Below are positions 26,150 through 39,839 of a stretch of DNA of 64,000 nucleotides, piece by piece; within the stretch, counting starts at the first letter, position 1, and each line of letters begins with the position of its first letter. Both the position numbers and the translations under genes were made by a program. The DNA is taken from contig NC_043001.1 of assembly GCF_006345805.1 (NCBI RefSeq), positions 115,506,001 through 115,570,000 on the forward strand. The letters are read 5' to 3'. This DNA comes from Octopus sinensis. Its lineage: Eukaryota. The notes below the pieces were generated by a model, which did not search any database, was not told the DNA's origin, and saw nothing but the letters and a program-made list of their open reading frames with translations.

Positions 26150-27514
26150 GTGTGAAAAAAGTGGTGGTTGCATGTGCTTAGTGCCTCATTATGTTTATTT
26201 AGCAGTGTTGGATAGTTGTGCTTTAATATGTGAAGTGCCTCCTTCAGGCAAAGCTAGCTGGTTGAGCATTGACCTCTGTAGGGATGCCCTGAATCCAGTA
26301 GGGTATATTTGTATTTTTGAGATGATGTATATGGTTGGCGAGTGCTGTAGATTTACTATGTTTATCATATCTAAAAGAATGGAGGTGAGCGGCATATCGC
26401 TGCTTAAAATTTTGGGTTGATCCTATGTATATGGCTGTAGAGTTGTGTAATATATTAAGGACAGTGCTTTTATAAATTACATTATATCTTCTGCAATGGG
26501 TTTGTAACAGGCAGATGATTCCAGGATGGCAGTTACAATTAAGTGAATTTTGGGGAATGTGTTCAGGAATGGAGGAGGTAATATTATCAGAGGAGAGGTT
26601 AGAGAAGGGGGTCGAAGATTCTAGATTATTAGTATTATTAATGTTATCATTAATGTCATTGTTATTATTACTATTGTTGTTATTAATTGTACTATTTGTA
26701 AGAGTGGTCGAAATTGTGGTGGTGTTCTGGGCAGTGTCAGTAGGATGGGTTGGGTTGTGGTTGTGGTCTAATGTAAGGGCATCTGTGCTGGAGCTGTGTA
26801 TATGTTGAGTGTTCTTATGACTAGAGTTGTAATTATGTGAGTTTTGATAGTAAAGTGCTTATTAGAGGCTGCTACAATAGATTCAAAATTGGGTGGGGCA
26901 GAATAAGATAGTTTCAGAGTGGATCTAATAAAGATAGAATGATATTTATGTTTCTGAAGGAAGTTAGAGTCTAGTATTTTAAAGAAGGATTTAGCTAAGT
27001 TCTTAAAGTTAAGTGAGAATGGGGGTATGTACCACAGAATGGCACGTCTGCCACTTATTTTAGGGTGTCTGGATGTAGTGCTATCAAAGTTTTTAGATAA
27101 AGAAGTGCTATCTATACTTTTGGAGAATGTATGTGGGCAGTGAAGCCTTTTGTTATTAGCTGTTTTAGTTGTTTTAGTTTTTGACCTAGTGTTAAATGTA
27201 TGTATGTGGGATCTAGGTTGCCTAGGTGTAAGACCTTCCTGGGTTCCATCAATGAGTGTGTGTGGTTGGTTGTTATTATGATGGTTGGTGGGTGTTTGAG
27301 ATGTGATTTGAGATATATATTGTTTGACCCAGGTGTTATGGATGTATTCTATTTGTTGGAAAATGCCGCTAGCAGCAAGTGCTTGTGTGTAATATGGTGC
27401 GTGATTATTGAAAATTTCCTCAGTGGAAGAGAGGTTAGATATGCAGGTTGAGATGCCCTTGATTAAGCTATCAAAAGTGGATTTGTGGTCATTGGAGAGG
27501 ATGTTAAAGTACAA
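26150..27514 (-). mobile_element. Penelope-like element (RT thumb and GIY-YIG endonuclease), degenerate
   Basis: ILWYIPPFSLN...FFKILDSNF...HSIFIRSTLKLSYS (ORF 26768-27514). My translation of about 26490-26280 gives NVIYKSTV...YIGSTQNFKQRYAAHLHSFR...KSTALANHI. Confidence 0.85.
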
Positions 27515-27539
27515 TTCGCTTTCTGCTTACATCTTACCC

Positions 27540-27790
27540 AGAACATGATATATAACTGTACAATAAAAACTACAACTAATGATTTTATATATATCAGTTG
27601 TTTGATTAATATGAAACGGCGTCTATACAACTACCTGTCATCCTTTAAACTTAAGTATAAAGCAATTTGTACGTTATTATCCAGTAAAATTTGGAAATTG
27701 AAGGAAATAGCAGATATGGGTGTGAGCTGTTCTCTATGGAAACATGAAATTTTTAAGCAAAAAGATAAGGGCAACCTGATTAATAATTGA
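27540..27790 (+). mobile_element. GIY-YIG fragment of a second Penelope-like copy in the opposite orientation
   Basis: MIYNCTIKTTTNDFIYISC...KRRLYNYLSSFKLKYKAICTLLSSKIWKLKE. Confidence 0.7.
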
Positions 27791-27879
27791 TTAGACCTTA
27801 GGGTATCATATGTACATAGTGTCACCTGTACCTTTAAATATTTTAGAAAGTAGCACTTTATTGATCTTGAAATTTAAAA

Positions 27880-28515
27880 CCTATTAGAAACTTCTTTGCT
27901 CAAAATTAGTATATAGTGAGCATGTCCTACAACATTATTACTTTAGCTAATACAGGGTAACAGTCTTTAGAGATAAAAGCTAAATAAGTAAATAAACAAT
28001 TTTTAGTTTTAAATACTTGAATTGTATACATTTTCTATAAATCTTCTCTATTGATGTTACTAAGTTGTGTATATACTTCATCATGATTTTTAGTGATTAA
28101 GCTATTTCATATACTTTTCTATGGTGTTCTACCCTACCTGATGATTTTTAAGTGCTCTACCCTCCTGATTTTAGTATTTATATAGGCCTTTATATAAGTA
28201 GCCCTTCAAATTAAGTACCCCTTAGAAACCAGAAATATTATGTATGGAGTAACAATAATATCTTCTAAAGCCTATTATATACTTAGTTTTAAAATTTAGT
28301 ATGGAATTAGAATGTCCTATAACATCAATATTCCTTTAGATAATACCAGGTATCAGTCTTTATTGATACTAGCTTAATAAATAAAGATTTAATTTTAGTT
28401 TAGTATACTTAAATTATAATACATTTTCTTTAAACCTTCTCTATTGATGTCAATAAGGTATATTTACTTTGTCATGTTTTTAGTGATTGAGCTATTTTAT
28501 TCCTTTTCTATGGTG
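27880..28515. repeat. Diverged direct duplication with a 393-bp period
   Basis: ttctctattgatgt at 28044 and 28437; the flanks align (ttttagtgatt.agctattt...ttttctatggtgttct.ccctac). Confidence 0.75.
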
Positions 28516-29554
28516 TTCTGCCCTACTTGATTGTTTTATTATCTATTATTTTAAAATAGCCTTTATTTATTTATAAAATGAATCTAATTTTGTACCTCTA
28601 TAAATTCATACTTGGTTTATATAAAACAATACTGGTATATTCACTCCTTAAAATAAACTGCTTAGATTATAATTTAATTAATATATAGTTAGCATGCTCT
28701 CTTACCTCAGTACGCCTTTATTAAATACCAGTATATACTAATTGATCAATCTTCATAGATACCATCTTATAAGTTCGTATTTAAGTATATAATAAGTATA
28801 AATATTAAGCTATTATGAGATAACTTCTTTGCCTCCCTCTAATGTGGTAAAAGTTTGGTATATACTCAAAAGTATTCAAAAAAATCTTTTCATCCTTTTG
28901 TTTTAATATTCTTCTGAATAACCCTAAATTTTAACTTTATACAGTATGGCAATATTGTTTAAAATGTTTCAAATTTTTAACTATAGTACCACATAAGATT
29001 TCCCCTGTTTCATTTTAAATGGTCTAATAGCGGCCTGCCCCTTTAATTGGCTACTAAAATCTTGATTTCAGATTTCCTTTACCAAATCTTATGATACTGC
29101 TTCAAATAAATCTTGATAGTTTTTTATGACTATACCCACTATGATTTCTGTTGATTCCCTCATCCCACTTCCTAACAGGCACTACTCCTTGCTCTTTTGG
29201 CCTTAGATATACAAATATTTGATAAACTAGACTATAAATTAAAACTGACCCCATAAAACAGTGACAAGCAAAATCTGTAACAAGTCTTTCTTCCTGATAC
29301 CTTAGTAGCTTCTAAGCTGAAGTGAAGACAGCATGTTCTCTGTAAATCTCCTTACCTTCTTGGAGATTTAATGTAAAATTATACTAATGTGTCCATCTGA
29401 TTTAATTTAATTAAATTCTATCTCTTTGTGCAGCTGAGGATTGCTCTGCATTTAAATTGATGTAATGATTGCATTGTTCAATTAAATGGAATTACGTGAA
29501 ACGATTGTACTGCATTACTTCTGTACTGCATTACTTCTGTATACCCTTGTTGCA

Positions 29555-29591
<37 letters not shown>

Positions 29592-30164
29592 GATACAATG
29601 ATATCAAACCAATGTAAGACATGCTATCTTGAAGATAGCTTGTTCACACTAGTATATATCAAAAGAAAGACGCTGTAAAGTACGATATGTCACCAAAGAT
29701 CAGGCTCATTTGTGGGTTCCGCACTTCACACTAATATCCAATGTATTATGATACAGGGCATCAAACTTGGGGTAGGCTACTGTGCAGAATACAAGCCAAA
29801 TAACAACAACAACAATGATAATAGTAATAATTAAAAAACCAGTATGGTATCCATCACTTTATTAGACATACATGTGTTTCCGAAAAATGCCAAAGTATTT
29901 ATATGACATTTGTAGAAACATTAGGCAGCCACAGATGTCAAAACTCCTATACACTATTATTATTATTGGGAAAAGTGTATATACTTGGAGCTTTAAATCT
30001 GTTGTATTTATTGAGAGATACTAATGAGGTCAAATGTAAAGTTGTATAATGTTTCTACAAATGTTAAATAGTTAATTCAGAATTTTGTTGAAATACTTAT
30101 ATATCCTATAAAGCATTGAATACCATACTGTTTTTTGATTATTATTATTATTTCCATATAAGAC

Positions 30165-30330
30165 AGTGAGCTGGCTCAATCATTACTGCACTGGGCAAAG
30201 TGCTTAGCAGCATTTCTGGTTTTTACATCCTGAGTTCAAATTCCACCTGAAGGTGATTTTGCCTTTCATCATTTTGGGTCGATAAAGTAAGTACCAGTCA
30301 AGTACTGGAGTCATTGTAATCAACAAAACC
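30165..30330 (+). mobile_element. tRNA-derived SINE (same family as 17717-17954)
   Basis: gagctggc...gagttcaaattcc...gcctttcatc...gtcgataaagtaagtaccag. Confidence 0.8.
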
Positions 30331-31324
30331 CCTGTGAAACAGTTGGTGATTCGCTGTGCTTGAGAAGGTTCATCCAGCTAAGTAAAATCAGGACAATTAA
30401 GGCATGTCATTTATGTCTATGCTCCAGGCAAGCTTCTTCCCCACAATCCAAACACCTCCCCCTCCTTCCACCCATATTCACCACTCACTGTATTCCCCTC
30501 CCCTCTATCTCCCACTCTCCCTTTGCACCTTTGCAAACCTACCTGCATAAAATGTGTCCCCATCAAATCTCTTCCCAACAACATATCCTCCTAACATTCC
30601 ACTTCTGTCTGCTTGTGTCCACTTACTACAGACCTTCCCCTCCACCTTTCACTCTTCTTTTGCATTCTCATAAACTTACCCATCCACTCACCCTATCCAA
30701 TCACTTACACCTCCCTGTAACTTGAGTGCACTCCCCCCCCATCACATAATCATCTCTCTCACCCTTTCTTTTTCCAGCTGAGGTAGCCATGCATCTCCTC
30801 TACTGCAAGGCAACTATTTCTGTCCCTCTATTCATACTCTAAACTCTTATCACTTAGCACAAAACCACTTCTTTTGATACTCTTCCTCCTCTCAGTTGAG
30901 GAGTCTTGCCTTGCAAGTTACTTACTTAGTGATGTTACTGCTGCCAGTGCCATGTAAAAACTGAAAGAATCCTACCATATGTATGCTTAGATGTATGTAT
31001 GTGTGTATGTTACTGTCTCCTTGCCTTGACATTATGTGATGAATGACACTATCATGCATATAGTGCCTTTTATTTCCAATTGTCTTTGAAAACTTGTCTG
31101 GTCAATAGGGAAATATTACCTTACTGGGAAATAAGTGAGAGTTGTCATTAGGAAAGGCACTTGGTTATAAGAAATCTGTCTTCATGTCCACAGTTCCATG
31201 TGAGCATGGAACATTTGGTATTAAAAGGATGATGATACATTAACACACACATACATACACACAATAATAATAAAAATGGACAATTACTGTTCAGTTAAAC
31301 ACATGTTTATTCATCAGTAAGATA

Positions 31325-32641
31325 TGAGGTAGTATCAAAAAGTTCCCAGACTAGTTCTATAGTGTGCCAACAGTTGGCAGTATACAGTTGCATGTGCAAT
31401 GAAAGCTGTGAAGTAGTGACCTTATCAAAGTAGTGTGTCAAATGGTATCGCTGTGTTTACATTACAAGTTGTGAAATTTGTGTTTTTGTGGTCATGTGTA
31501 TTCTGTAGTCTATAATTTTGTCACAGACATGAAGTTTCAACGAAGAGCCAACGTGAAATTTTGCATTAAACTTTTTGTGTTAAACTTGAGAAGTCTGCTA
31601 CAGAGACATTGAGCAAGCTCTGGCAGGATTATTGTAACAAGGCAATGAATCATACACAATATTTTGAGTGGTACAGGCGCTGCAAAAGTGGAAGAACATT
31701 CCTGAAAGACACTGAGCAATCTGGAAGATTTGCAACAAGAATCACCCCCAGGAAAGTGGTGAAAATTCCTCAGCTTGTGCATGAGGGCTGTGTCGGAGGA
31801 ATGAATGACATTGCTGATGTTGTTGGTCTGTTGTATGGGTCCATGCAGGCAATTCTAATACCTGAATTGAACATGTGGTGTGTTTCTGCCAAGTTTGTCT
31901 CTCACCTACTGAGCAGAAAGAGTATCATGTTGAAGTTTGTCAAGATCTTCGTCAGCATGCCACTGATGACTCATCTTTTATGTCAAGGATCATCACCAGT
32001 TACAAGAGTTGAGCCTACAGGTTTGACCCTGAGACAAAGCAGCAGTCATCACAGTGGAAGAGCCCTTCATCTCCATGACTGAAGAAGGCACGACAGAGTC
32101 ACAGCTCAATCAACAACATGCTCATCATTTTCTTCGTCATCTGTGATATTGTGCATTGAGGGTTCATCCTCCAGAGCCAGACTGTCGATTGTAACTTCTA
32201 CTGAGATATTTTGAAACATTTGAGGAAGGGACATTTGGTGAAAGCAACCAGATTTATGGAGTGAGAAGAATTGGATTCTTCATAACAGTGTACCCTGTTA
32301 CCAAGCTCCCCTCACTCGTGAGTTTCTCCCTCAAAATAACATGGTATGACTTCCACACCCACCATGTTCACCAAATTTAGCGCCTGCAGAATTCCATCTA
32401 TTTCCCAAGATGAAAATGCAGCTCAATGGTCATGGTTCTAACACTTCTAATCACAGAAGATCCTCAACTCACTTATGGAAAACAACTTTCAGGTTGGATT
32501 CCAAAAGAAGCAGGAACGCTGAGACAAGAGTATTGTCACACAAGGTGACTATTTCGAAAGAGATGATGTTAAAACTTAGTAAGTAAATAAGTAATTTTTT
32601 ATTAAACATAACTAGTCCGGGAACGTTTTGATACTACCTCG
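31325..32641 (+). mobile_element. Full-length (about 1.3 kb) mariner transposon with a degenerate transposase
   Basis: 32-bp TIRs match 29/32 and are flanked by TA. HTH region in ORF 31609-32082; PCSPNLAPAEFHLFPKMK (YSPDLAPxD-like) near 32360-32415. Confidence 0.92.
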
Positions 32642-32644
32642 TAT

Positions 32645-33500
32645 CTTTAATTGCCTTATATATCATGCTACTGTCAACTAGGATAGATGGTCCCTGTGTT
32701 GGGTTCACATGACGGAGACTCTCTTTCTTCCATTCATTGTCCACATTTAATAGTCTTTCATAATAACTTTTTTATGCCACTTTCTTTTCAGGATTACTAA
32801 GAGCAAGCGTACCATTATCTGTTGGTACATCCTTCTCCCCCACAACATCTTGTTTCTCTCTAACACACGGTCTAGCAATCTGAAATACCTCAAATCTCTG
32901 ATCTTCACACTGTAAAACATTGGCAAAACTCTTCCTTTCTGTTTCTGCCCAAGCCAGATATACCTGACGCATTGCTTCTTTTTTACCTATCTGATATGTT
33001 TCTTTAGTACCCACACTCTTCCATTATTTCCAAGCCTGTCTCTTCTCTTTTATAACTCCATCAATCTCACTGTTTCACCACTTTGTCAACTTGGTCTGAG
33101 AGAAAGAAACTTTACTCCAATCATAGGTTTGATCTGTCACATTTTGTTGATTGTCCCATAAGAACTCCCAATTGTCCTCTATGTTGCATGACTCCATCTC
33201 TACCTACTCACGAAAGGTTTCATTAAGAACATCTCTAAAGTCTTTGCCCATTTGAAGGATACTTGAGCTTCTATAACTTCCTTTTCCATTTTGGTTTGTG
33301 AGCAGTCTAGTTGAGGCTCACTTTCATCATAACCTCTTGCATCCACATGCCTCCACTCAAGCATTTCATCAATCTCACCAGACATACCTTTCATTGTTCT
33401 CACATTGATTGTGGCAGCTCTGAGCTTGTGAATCTAGGAAGCCTGGGAGGGAAGTTGTGATGTTTTCAAAATCAGGATCTTGGCGGTTGCTTGCTTGAAT
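32645..33500 (-). mobile_element. RTE-type LINE 5'/middle fragment
   Basis: YQIGKKEAMRQVYLA...FEVFQIAR (32772-33014) and MKGMSGEIDEMLEWRHVD (33200-33403). Confidence 0.75.
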
Positions 33501-34929
33501 ATAGTGGGTCCTGCAGCCTAGAGTTAGCAGGTACAGGTACAGGTTGCAACATAGATAACAATTAAAATTTCCATCGGTTCTGATTATCTTTTGTGGATAT
33601 GCAACTATGGTGGAGGTTTCAGGTAAATTGGAAGTCTTTGACATTATTATTATTAAGGCAACAATTAGTCTTTGGCAATAGAGAAGTAGCTGTGCACATC
33701 ATGATAATATACATTTCTAAATTATAACCAGCATCACATTGTACACATATATATAGAGACATACACTTGTATGCATAAGTGCATACATGAAGCCTGCATT
33801 ACTAGTAGCGACATGCTCGTGGGTCCACAATGTTTATATGCATTACGTGTATCCATATATTATGCACTCGTGAAAACAGTTCACAGGTCAATAGAATAAT
33901 TTTGACATAGTGACAAGTGCTACATATACATACATATTTATATGCATGTATGTATATAGATACATATAGATAGATATGTATGTGTTTGTGTGTAAATTTT
34001 TAATAGAAAATTGTAAGTTGGAGTTGATTGTTGCCTGAAAATGATGTGAATTATGAGAAATATTTTTAACATGTTAGTTTATCAGTCCATATTGTAAAAT
34101 TCTTAGAATAATATATTTAAAAGGATAGATATAGGTAACTATTAAACATTTGTCCATAATGGACATATGTCTATGTGACATGCCCATGAATTCAGATGAA
34201 ACTGAAATATTTAAATAAATCATTAAAATGAAAACGGTTGTGTTTGTAATTACAGGTTGAAGAATATACACCATATAATTGATGCAAAAAAAAAACTAAA
34301 TATAATAATAGGATGAAAATGAGACCAAATTACACTGTAACAAAATGTTAATTAATTTTGTTTTTCTTTGGTCAGTTAGTGTTATTTCTTATTTGCTTCT
34401 ATCTATAAATCAAAGGGAATGAGTAGCATCACCTTCAAACTTTGCTATTGTGATCAAGTCATCAATGTTTTGAAACTGTCTCATTTCCATTATACTTCAG
34501 ACTGATTCACTGCTGAGCTGCTGAAGCAGAAATATTGTTGTAGCATATAATCTGCTTGATACCACATATTTGCTTGATCTTTATCACTTGAGCATGTCTG
34601 TTATTGGTTGACAATCTGTTAATCTCTAATTGTGAGCTGGAGTAGTGGTGGAGCATTATAGCCATGTGTTGAGAGGATTCTTTGGGGTTTGAATAAATGT
34701 AACAAAAGCAAAGTTTGAAAGGAATATAAGCCATTTTTTATACTTTCTAGGGGTAAATATATAGGAAATAACAGTTGCTACCAAGGACAAAAATCTTGTT
34801 TATAGATGTTATCAAATGTAACATGAAAACTGATAATACATGAAAACGAAATTCAAATGAGATAATGATGAATAATGTATTAGGTATTAATGTATATACA
34901 TATCTATATTAACAAATGTATTTTTTCAC

Positions 34930-35910
34930 TACATAAACAAACAAACTTTGCTTTTTATATTTATTGTTTACAATGGTCAGTGTAAAAACAAACTTTGTTT
35001 TTTTTTACAGTGAAATAGTATGTAGATTGCTAGAAATAGGAGCCAATACACCACCAAGTCACCCCCATCTATTTTCAGAAAATAAGTGTACAGTTATGTG
35101 CGGAATCATCATCATCATTTAATATCCATTGGCCGTGCTGGCATGGGTTGGATGGTTTGACTGGGCTGGTATGCTGGAAAGCTGCACCAGACTCCAGTCA
35201 GATTTGGCATCGTTTTCTACAGCTGGATGCCCTTCCTAATGCCAACCACTCTGAGTGTGTAATGGGTGCTTTTACATGCCACTGGCATGACACTGGGGTG
35301 TGTTTATGAGCCTCAGGCACAGGTGCCAATTAGTGTGACACTTGTATTTGTTGCAACTGATTTTGCTTGGCTTGATGGGTCTTCTTCTCAAGCACGACAT
35401 AATGCCAAAGGTCTTGGTCATTGCCTCCGTGAGCCCCAACACTTGAAAGGAACTCAGCCACTTTGATACACAAAACCAGAAATACTATCAATTTTATTTA
35501 GTATTTTCAGCATTCATGATAGTGAAATAGACTGTATGTGAATTGCTAGAAATAGTAGCCAGTACACCTCCTACTTGCCCCCTTTTCATTCTGTTTTCAG
35601 AAAATAAGTGCACAGTTATCTGCAGAATGGTTAGATTAATTCAAATGATGTAAAAATCCTGAAATGTTGCCAATTTTATTTAGTGTTTTCAGTGGTCAAC
35701 CTAGAAACAAACAAACTTTGCTTTTTATAAGGACATGTAGACATCATAGTGAAATGATACATGGATTGCCAATACACCACCAAGTTGACTCCCACTAATC
35801 CATTTTTAGAAAATAAGTGAACTGTTATGTGCAGAATGGTCAATAACAAGCAAAGTCTGAAATATTATCAATTTTATTGAGTATTTTCAGTGGTCAGTGT
35901 ACAAACAAAT
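34930..35910. repeat. Degenerate tandem array of three units of about 230 bp, the first interrupted by an RTE 3' end (35105-35465, minus)
   Basis: gtgaaat...ttttcagaaaataagtg.acagttat.tgc.gaat recurs near 35010, 35520 and 35750. Confidence 0.7.
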
Positions 35911-35914
35911 AGAT

Positions 35915-37060
35915 TGCTGGACCGATCACCAACTTGAGATCTCACATCTCTATGATGGCATGGTAGGATGTTTGCAAACTAAATGCACTTTCTGAATCAT
36001 TCTTCATCTCCAGAGGTCTGAAAGAAAGCTGCATCCTGGCTCTTACCTTGTTCTCCTTCAACCTGATGGTGATGCTCAATGAAATCCCACATGACTCTCT
36101 CAGTGTCAATATCCGCTATCACCTGCATAGCAGACTCTATAACCTGGCACGCCTAAGATCCAAAACTTGAACATCAAATAGCAGCATCAAGAAGTTCCAG
36201 TACACAAATGACAGTGCTACTCCTATTGCCTCTGTTGTTGACCTCCAGCACTGTTTGACTCTTGTCTTAGAAGCCTACCATTGCTTTGGGATGGAAGTGA
36301 ATGAGGACAAAATGAAAAGACTTGTGTAGTCTGTTCCTGGACAAGAAATACTAGAAGCTACTGTCAACATAGGGGACACCTCTGGAAGTCATCAGTTATT
36401 TCCAGTACCTCAGCAGCACTCTCTCACAATCTGCACCATACAAAAGGGACATCGACCACTGCATCAAATCCACCCATTTGGCTTTTAGAAGACACAGCAA
36501 GCATGTATTCAACAACCACAGGCTCCCTCTCTGAACAAAATTCATGGTGTTCCATGTCCTTGTCATCTTCACCTTGCTCTACACATGTGAGACATGGGCT
36601 CTGTATTGAAAAGACCTGAAAAAGTTTGAGCATTTCCAACCAGCTAAGCTTTAACAGATCCTCAATATCAAATGGCAGGACTGACACGTCATCTACAAAG
36701 TCTTCGATCATTCAGAAATGCCAAGCATTGAAGTTGCCATCTTCAAGCATTGCCTCAAGTGGTCAAGACATTATATCATCTGAACAGCCCCATCCTCTAC
36801 AGTGAGTTTGGCAATGGCATTGAAGACCCCCAAACTGCAGATTCAAAGAACAACTGAAGTCTTCCCTCCTTCAAGCTGCAATCACCCTTAATACCTGGAA
36901 ACTGAAATTGTCAACTGTCCACCTTGGCGAAGAGCAATTCATTTCACTTTTGAGGAGAAAGACTGAAGAAGAAGCAAAAGAAAGCAATGCAAGGCCTGAC
37001 AACTGCAGCCAAGTCCACACCCACCCTGCCATGCAGTCAATGCGTGAGGTTGTTCCATTC
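35915..37060 (+). mobile_element. Degenerate LINE of a second RTE family (RTE-1/BovB-like RT)
   Basis: LYDGMVG...SESFFISRGLKESCILALTLF...RYHLHSRLYNLARLRSKT...FQYTNDSA, similar to the BovB-type RYRxDGxLFNLxRLxAKT...FADD region. Confidence 0.7.
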
Positions 37061-37299
37061 CTGACTTGGCCTTCTCAGCCATGTCAAGTTTAAGTATTGT
37101 GGAGGCATCAAATGAACCAAATCTGGACAGAGTGGTGCCAACAACTATGTATACATTTTACCTTGTTTTGTATTTTTACTGTGTATGTTTTCTACACATT
37201 TTTATCATGCAATTCTATTTAAATCACCACATTTTATGTTCATCTTTGTGTATTGTCTCCCTCATCCATCACCCAGCTTTCAAATGAAAGAAATTGTAG

Positions 37300-38960
37300 C
37301 TGTTGTTGTTAATGTAGCAAATTAGCAGAATCTTTGAAGCATTAGAAAAAGGCTTTGTGGTGTTTGTTCCAACACTTTATGTACTGAGTTCTATTCTTGC
37401 AATGGTCAGGTGTACCTTTCACTCTTTTGGTGTTGATAAAACAAAATAAAATTATATAATATTGGTGATATTGACTAATTCCTGGAAAATTGTCTAACTG
37501 TCACCATTATTATCATTATTATTATTATTTATTATTATATATTATATTATATATATATTATTATTATTATTATCATTATTATTATTATTATTATCATCAT
37601 TATTATTATTATTATTTATTATTATATTATTATCATATTATTATTATTATTATTATCATCATTATTATTGTGGCAGTAAGCTAGCAGAATTGTAAGCACA
37701 CCAGGCAAAATTCCTAGCAACATTTCATCCATTTGTATGTTTTGAGTTCAAATTTTGCTGAGGTCAACTTTACCTTTCAACTTTTCGAGGTTGATAAAAT
37801 AAGTACCAGTTGAACCCTGGGATAGATGTAATCACCATGCCCCTCCCTCAAAATTGCTGACTTTGAGCCAGAATTTGAAATCATTATTATTATTGTTAAG
37901 GCAGTGAACTGACAAGACCATTAGCATGCTAAACAAAATGTTTGCAACATTTCATTTGTCTTTATATTCTGAATTCAAATGGCACGAGGTTGTCTTTCAT
38001 CTTTACAGATGACTAGGGTCATTGTAATTGGCTAACCCCACCTCCCTCAAAATTTCACTCCTTGAGCCCATAATAGGGTTATTGTTATTCAAGATGGCAA
38101 GCTGGCAGAATCATTGGCACACCAGGCAAAATGTTAAGTAGCATTTCACCCATTCCTATGTTTTGAGTTCAAATTCCTCAGAGGTTGACTTTGCCTTTCA
38201 TCCTTTTGGAGTTGATATATTAAGTACCAGTGAAATACTGGGGTTGATGTAATTAACTAGTCACCTCCCACCAAATTTCAGACCTTGTGCCTTTAGTTTT
38301 ACATTATTATCATTATTGTTATTATTATTATTATGGTATCAATCTGACAGACAAGATGTGTCAAACAAGATGTGTTGCAATATTCGCATTCATTTCCTAG
38401 TGAGATTAAATTCACCCTTAGTCCTTCCAATGTTGATAAAATAAAGAAATAAAGTCAGGTGGTTGATGTTATCAGCTAACACACTTCACCTCGAAATTGC
38501 TGGCTTTTTGCAAAAATCAAAAGTAATTATTGGTTTCATATTTTGGCACAAGGCCTGCAATTTTAGGAGTTGGAGTAAGTTGATTACGTTGACTCCAGTG
38601 TCCTACTTGGTACTTATTTTATTGACCCTGGAAGGATGAAATGCAAAGTTGATCTCAGCAAAATTTGACCTCAGAATATAAAGTTGGTTGAAATGCCACT
38701 AAGCATTTTTCCTGATATGCTAATAGTTCTGCCCGCTCACTGCCCTAAAATCCAAAGTAATTAATGTGGTAAATAAGCAGCATCAGCAGAAGATGGGACA
38801 AAATAAAATTAATTATTTAGTTAGGCCTGTTTACATTCTGAGTTCAAATTCTATTGAAATTGATTTTTTGACTTTCATTTCTTCAAGGCTAGTAAAAGAG
38901 AGAACCCATCTTGGGTCATTGATATTGACATAGCCCCTCCTCTCAAAATTGTACCTGATT
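37300..38960. mobile_element. Cluster of at least six degenerate tRNA-SINEs of one family with (ATT)n spacers
   Basis: gagttcaaatt...ctttcatcc...gataaaataagtaccag recurs near 37390, 37745, 37975, 38165, 38670 (minus) and 38840. Confidence 0.75.
37500..37670. repeat. (ATT)n/(ATC) microsatellite
   Basis: Seen directly. Confidence 0.95.
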
Positions 38961-39151
38961 TATTACAAACGTGACCAATGTTCAAATCTTTATTATTAGA
39001 AACATATTTTTAAAATTTTGAAAAATTGCTCATTTTCTTCAAAATATACTTCTGGTTTGTTTTTTTTCTTTACTTTTTTGTTCTTTTATTAAGTGCACTA
39101 ATTTGATTTTGTTTGTTTTTCTTTTAACTCTTTATGTTCTGAAATTCATAG

Positions 39152-39406
39152 ATTCTCCAGAAGACAGTATGATACTAGATGTTTCTGGAGGAAAAGTATG
39201 TGTTGATACTCCAACCAAATTCCACTGCAGTTGGAAAGGTGGTAATCCACCAGCAAGTGTAACCCTGAAGTATGAAAAATACTCAAATACTAGTAAAGAA
39301 GAAGTTGAAATTAATGTAATACCTTCCAAATCTCATCAAACAGTCAAGTGTCTGGGCATTCATATTGCTGCAAATGTGTCTCGTGAAAAGAATTTAACTA
39401 TTCATT
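39152..39406 (+). CDS. Internal exon C of the Ig-superfamily gene (Ig domain)
   Basis: Acceptor ttcatag at 39151, donor gtgagt at 39407; 255 nt, phase 1-1. Encodes SPED...FHCSWKGGNPPASVTL...VKCLGIH...NLTIH. The junction with exon B gives DIK-Y-SPE. Confidence 0.88.
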
Positions 39407-39839
39407 GTGAGTATAAGTGGAGCATCTTTTGAAATTTTTTATCTTCTGTTTTTATCATTTTCTTTTTTTAATTCAAATATGAAAAAAAATTTTTAACTGT
39501 AAGATTCTAGTCTTTTGTATATGTTGGTTGGTTTGGCTGTAGGTTTTTGAGTGAAGGGAGAAAATATATAATATCCTGTGATTCCAAACCAGGTGAGCAT
39601 TGTTTTATTCTTCTGGAACTATGTATCTAATTGCATTGTTGGAATTTGTGTAGTTTTATCATGCAAGTTGAATATACAGGGGAAATAAACTTATGGTCAA
39701 ATGCCATTATAAATAGTGCCCCAGCATGACCAGAACTTTGAAGCTGAAACAGTTTAAAGATTTAAAGACTTATGGCTAAATATCTGGGAGCTCTTTAAAT
39801 TTTATTTAGGAAAAGAGATCAGTAATTAGAGGGATATCA

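Noticed and set aside
26515-26808. Hydrophobic 97-aa ORF as the missing transmembrane exon of the Ig gene
   Set aside because: It is antisense Penelope sequence plus (TTA/TTG) repeats, lies between exons B and C, and has no convincing splice sites.
29612-29670. GCTATCT-TGA-AGATAGC hairpin with TTGAAGA...GAAAG as a possible hammerhead
   Set aside because: The core deviates from CUGANGA/GAAAC and I could not build stems II and III.
34486-34734. Good-looking acceptor (ttccattatacttcag) as an extra exon
   Set aside because: All three plus frames hit a stop within eight codons; the minus ORF has no recognisable motif.
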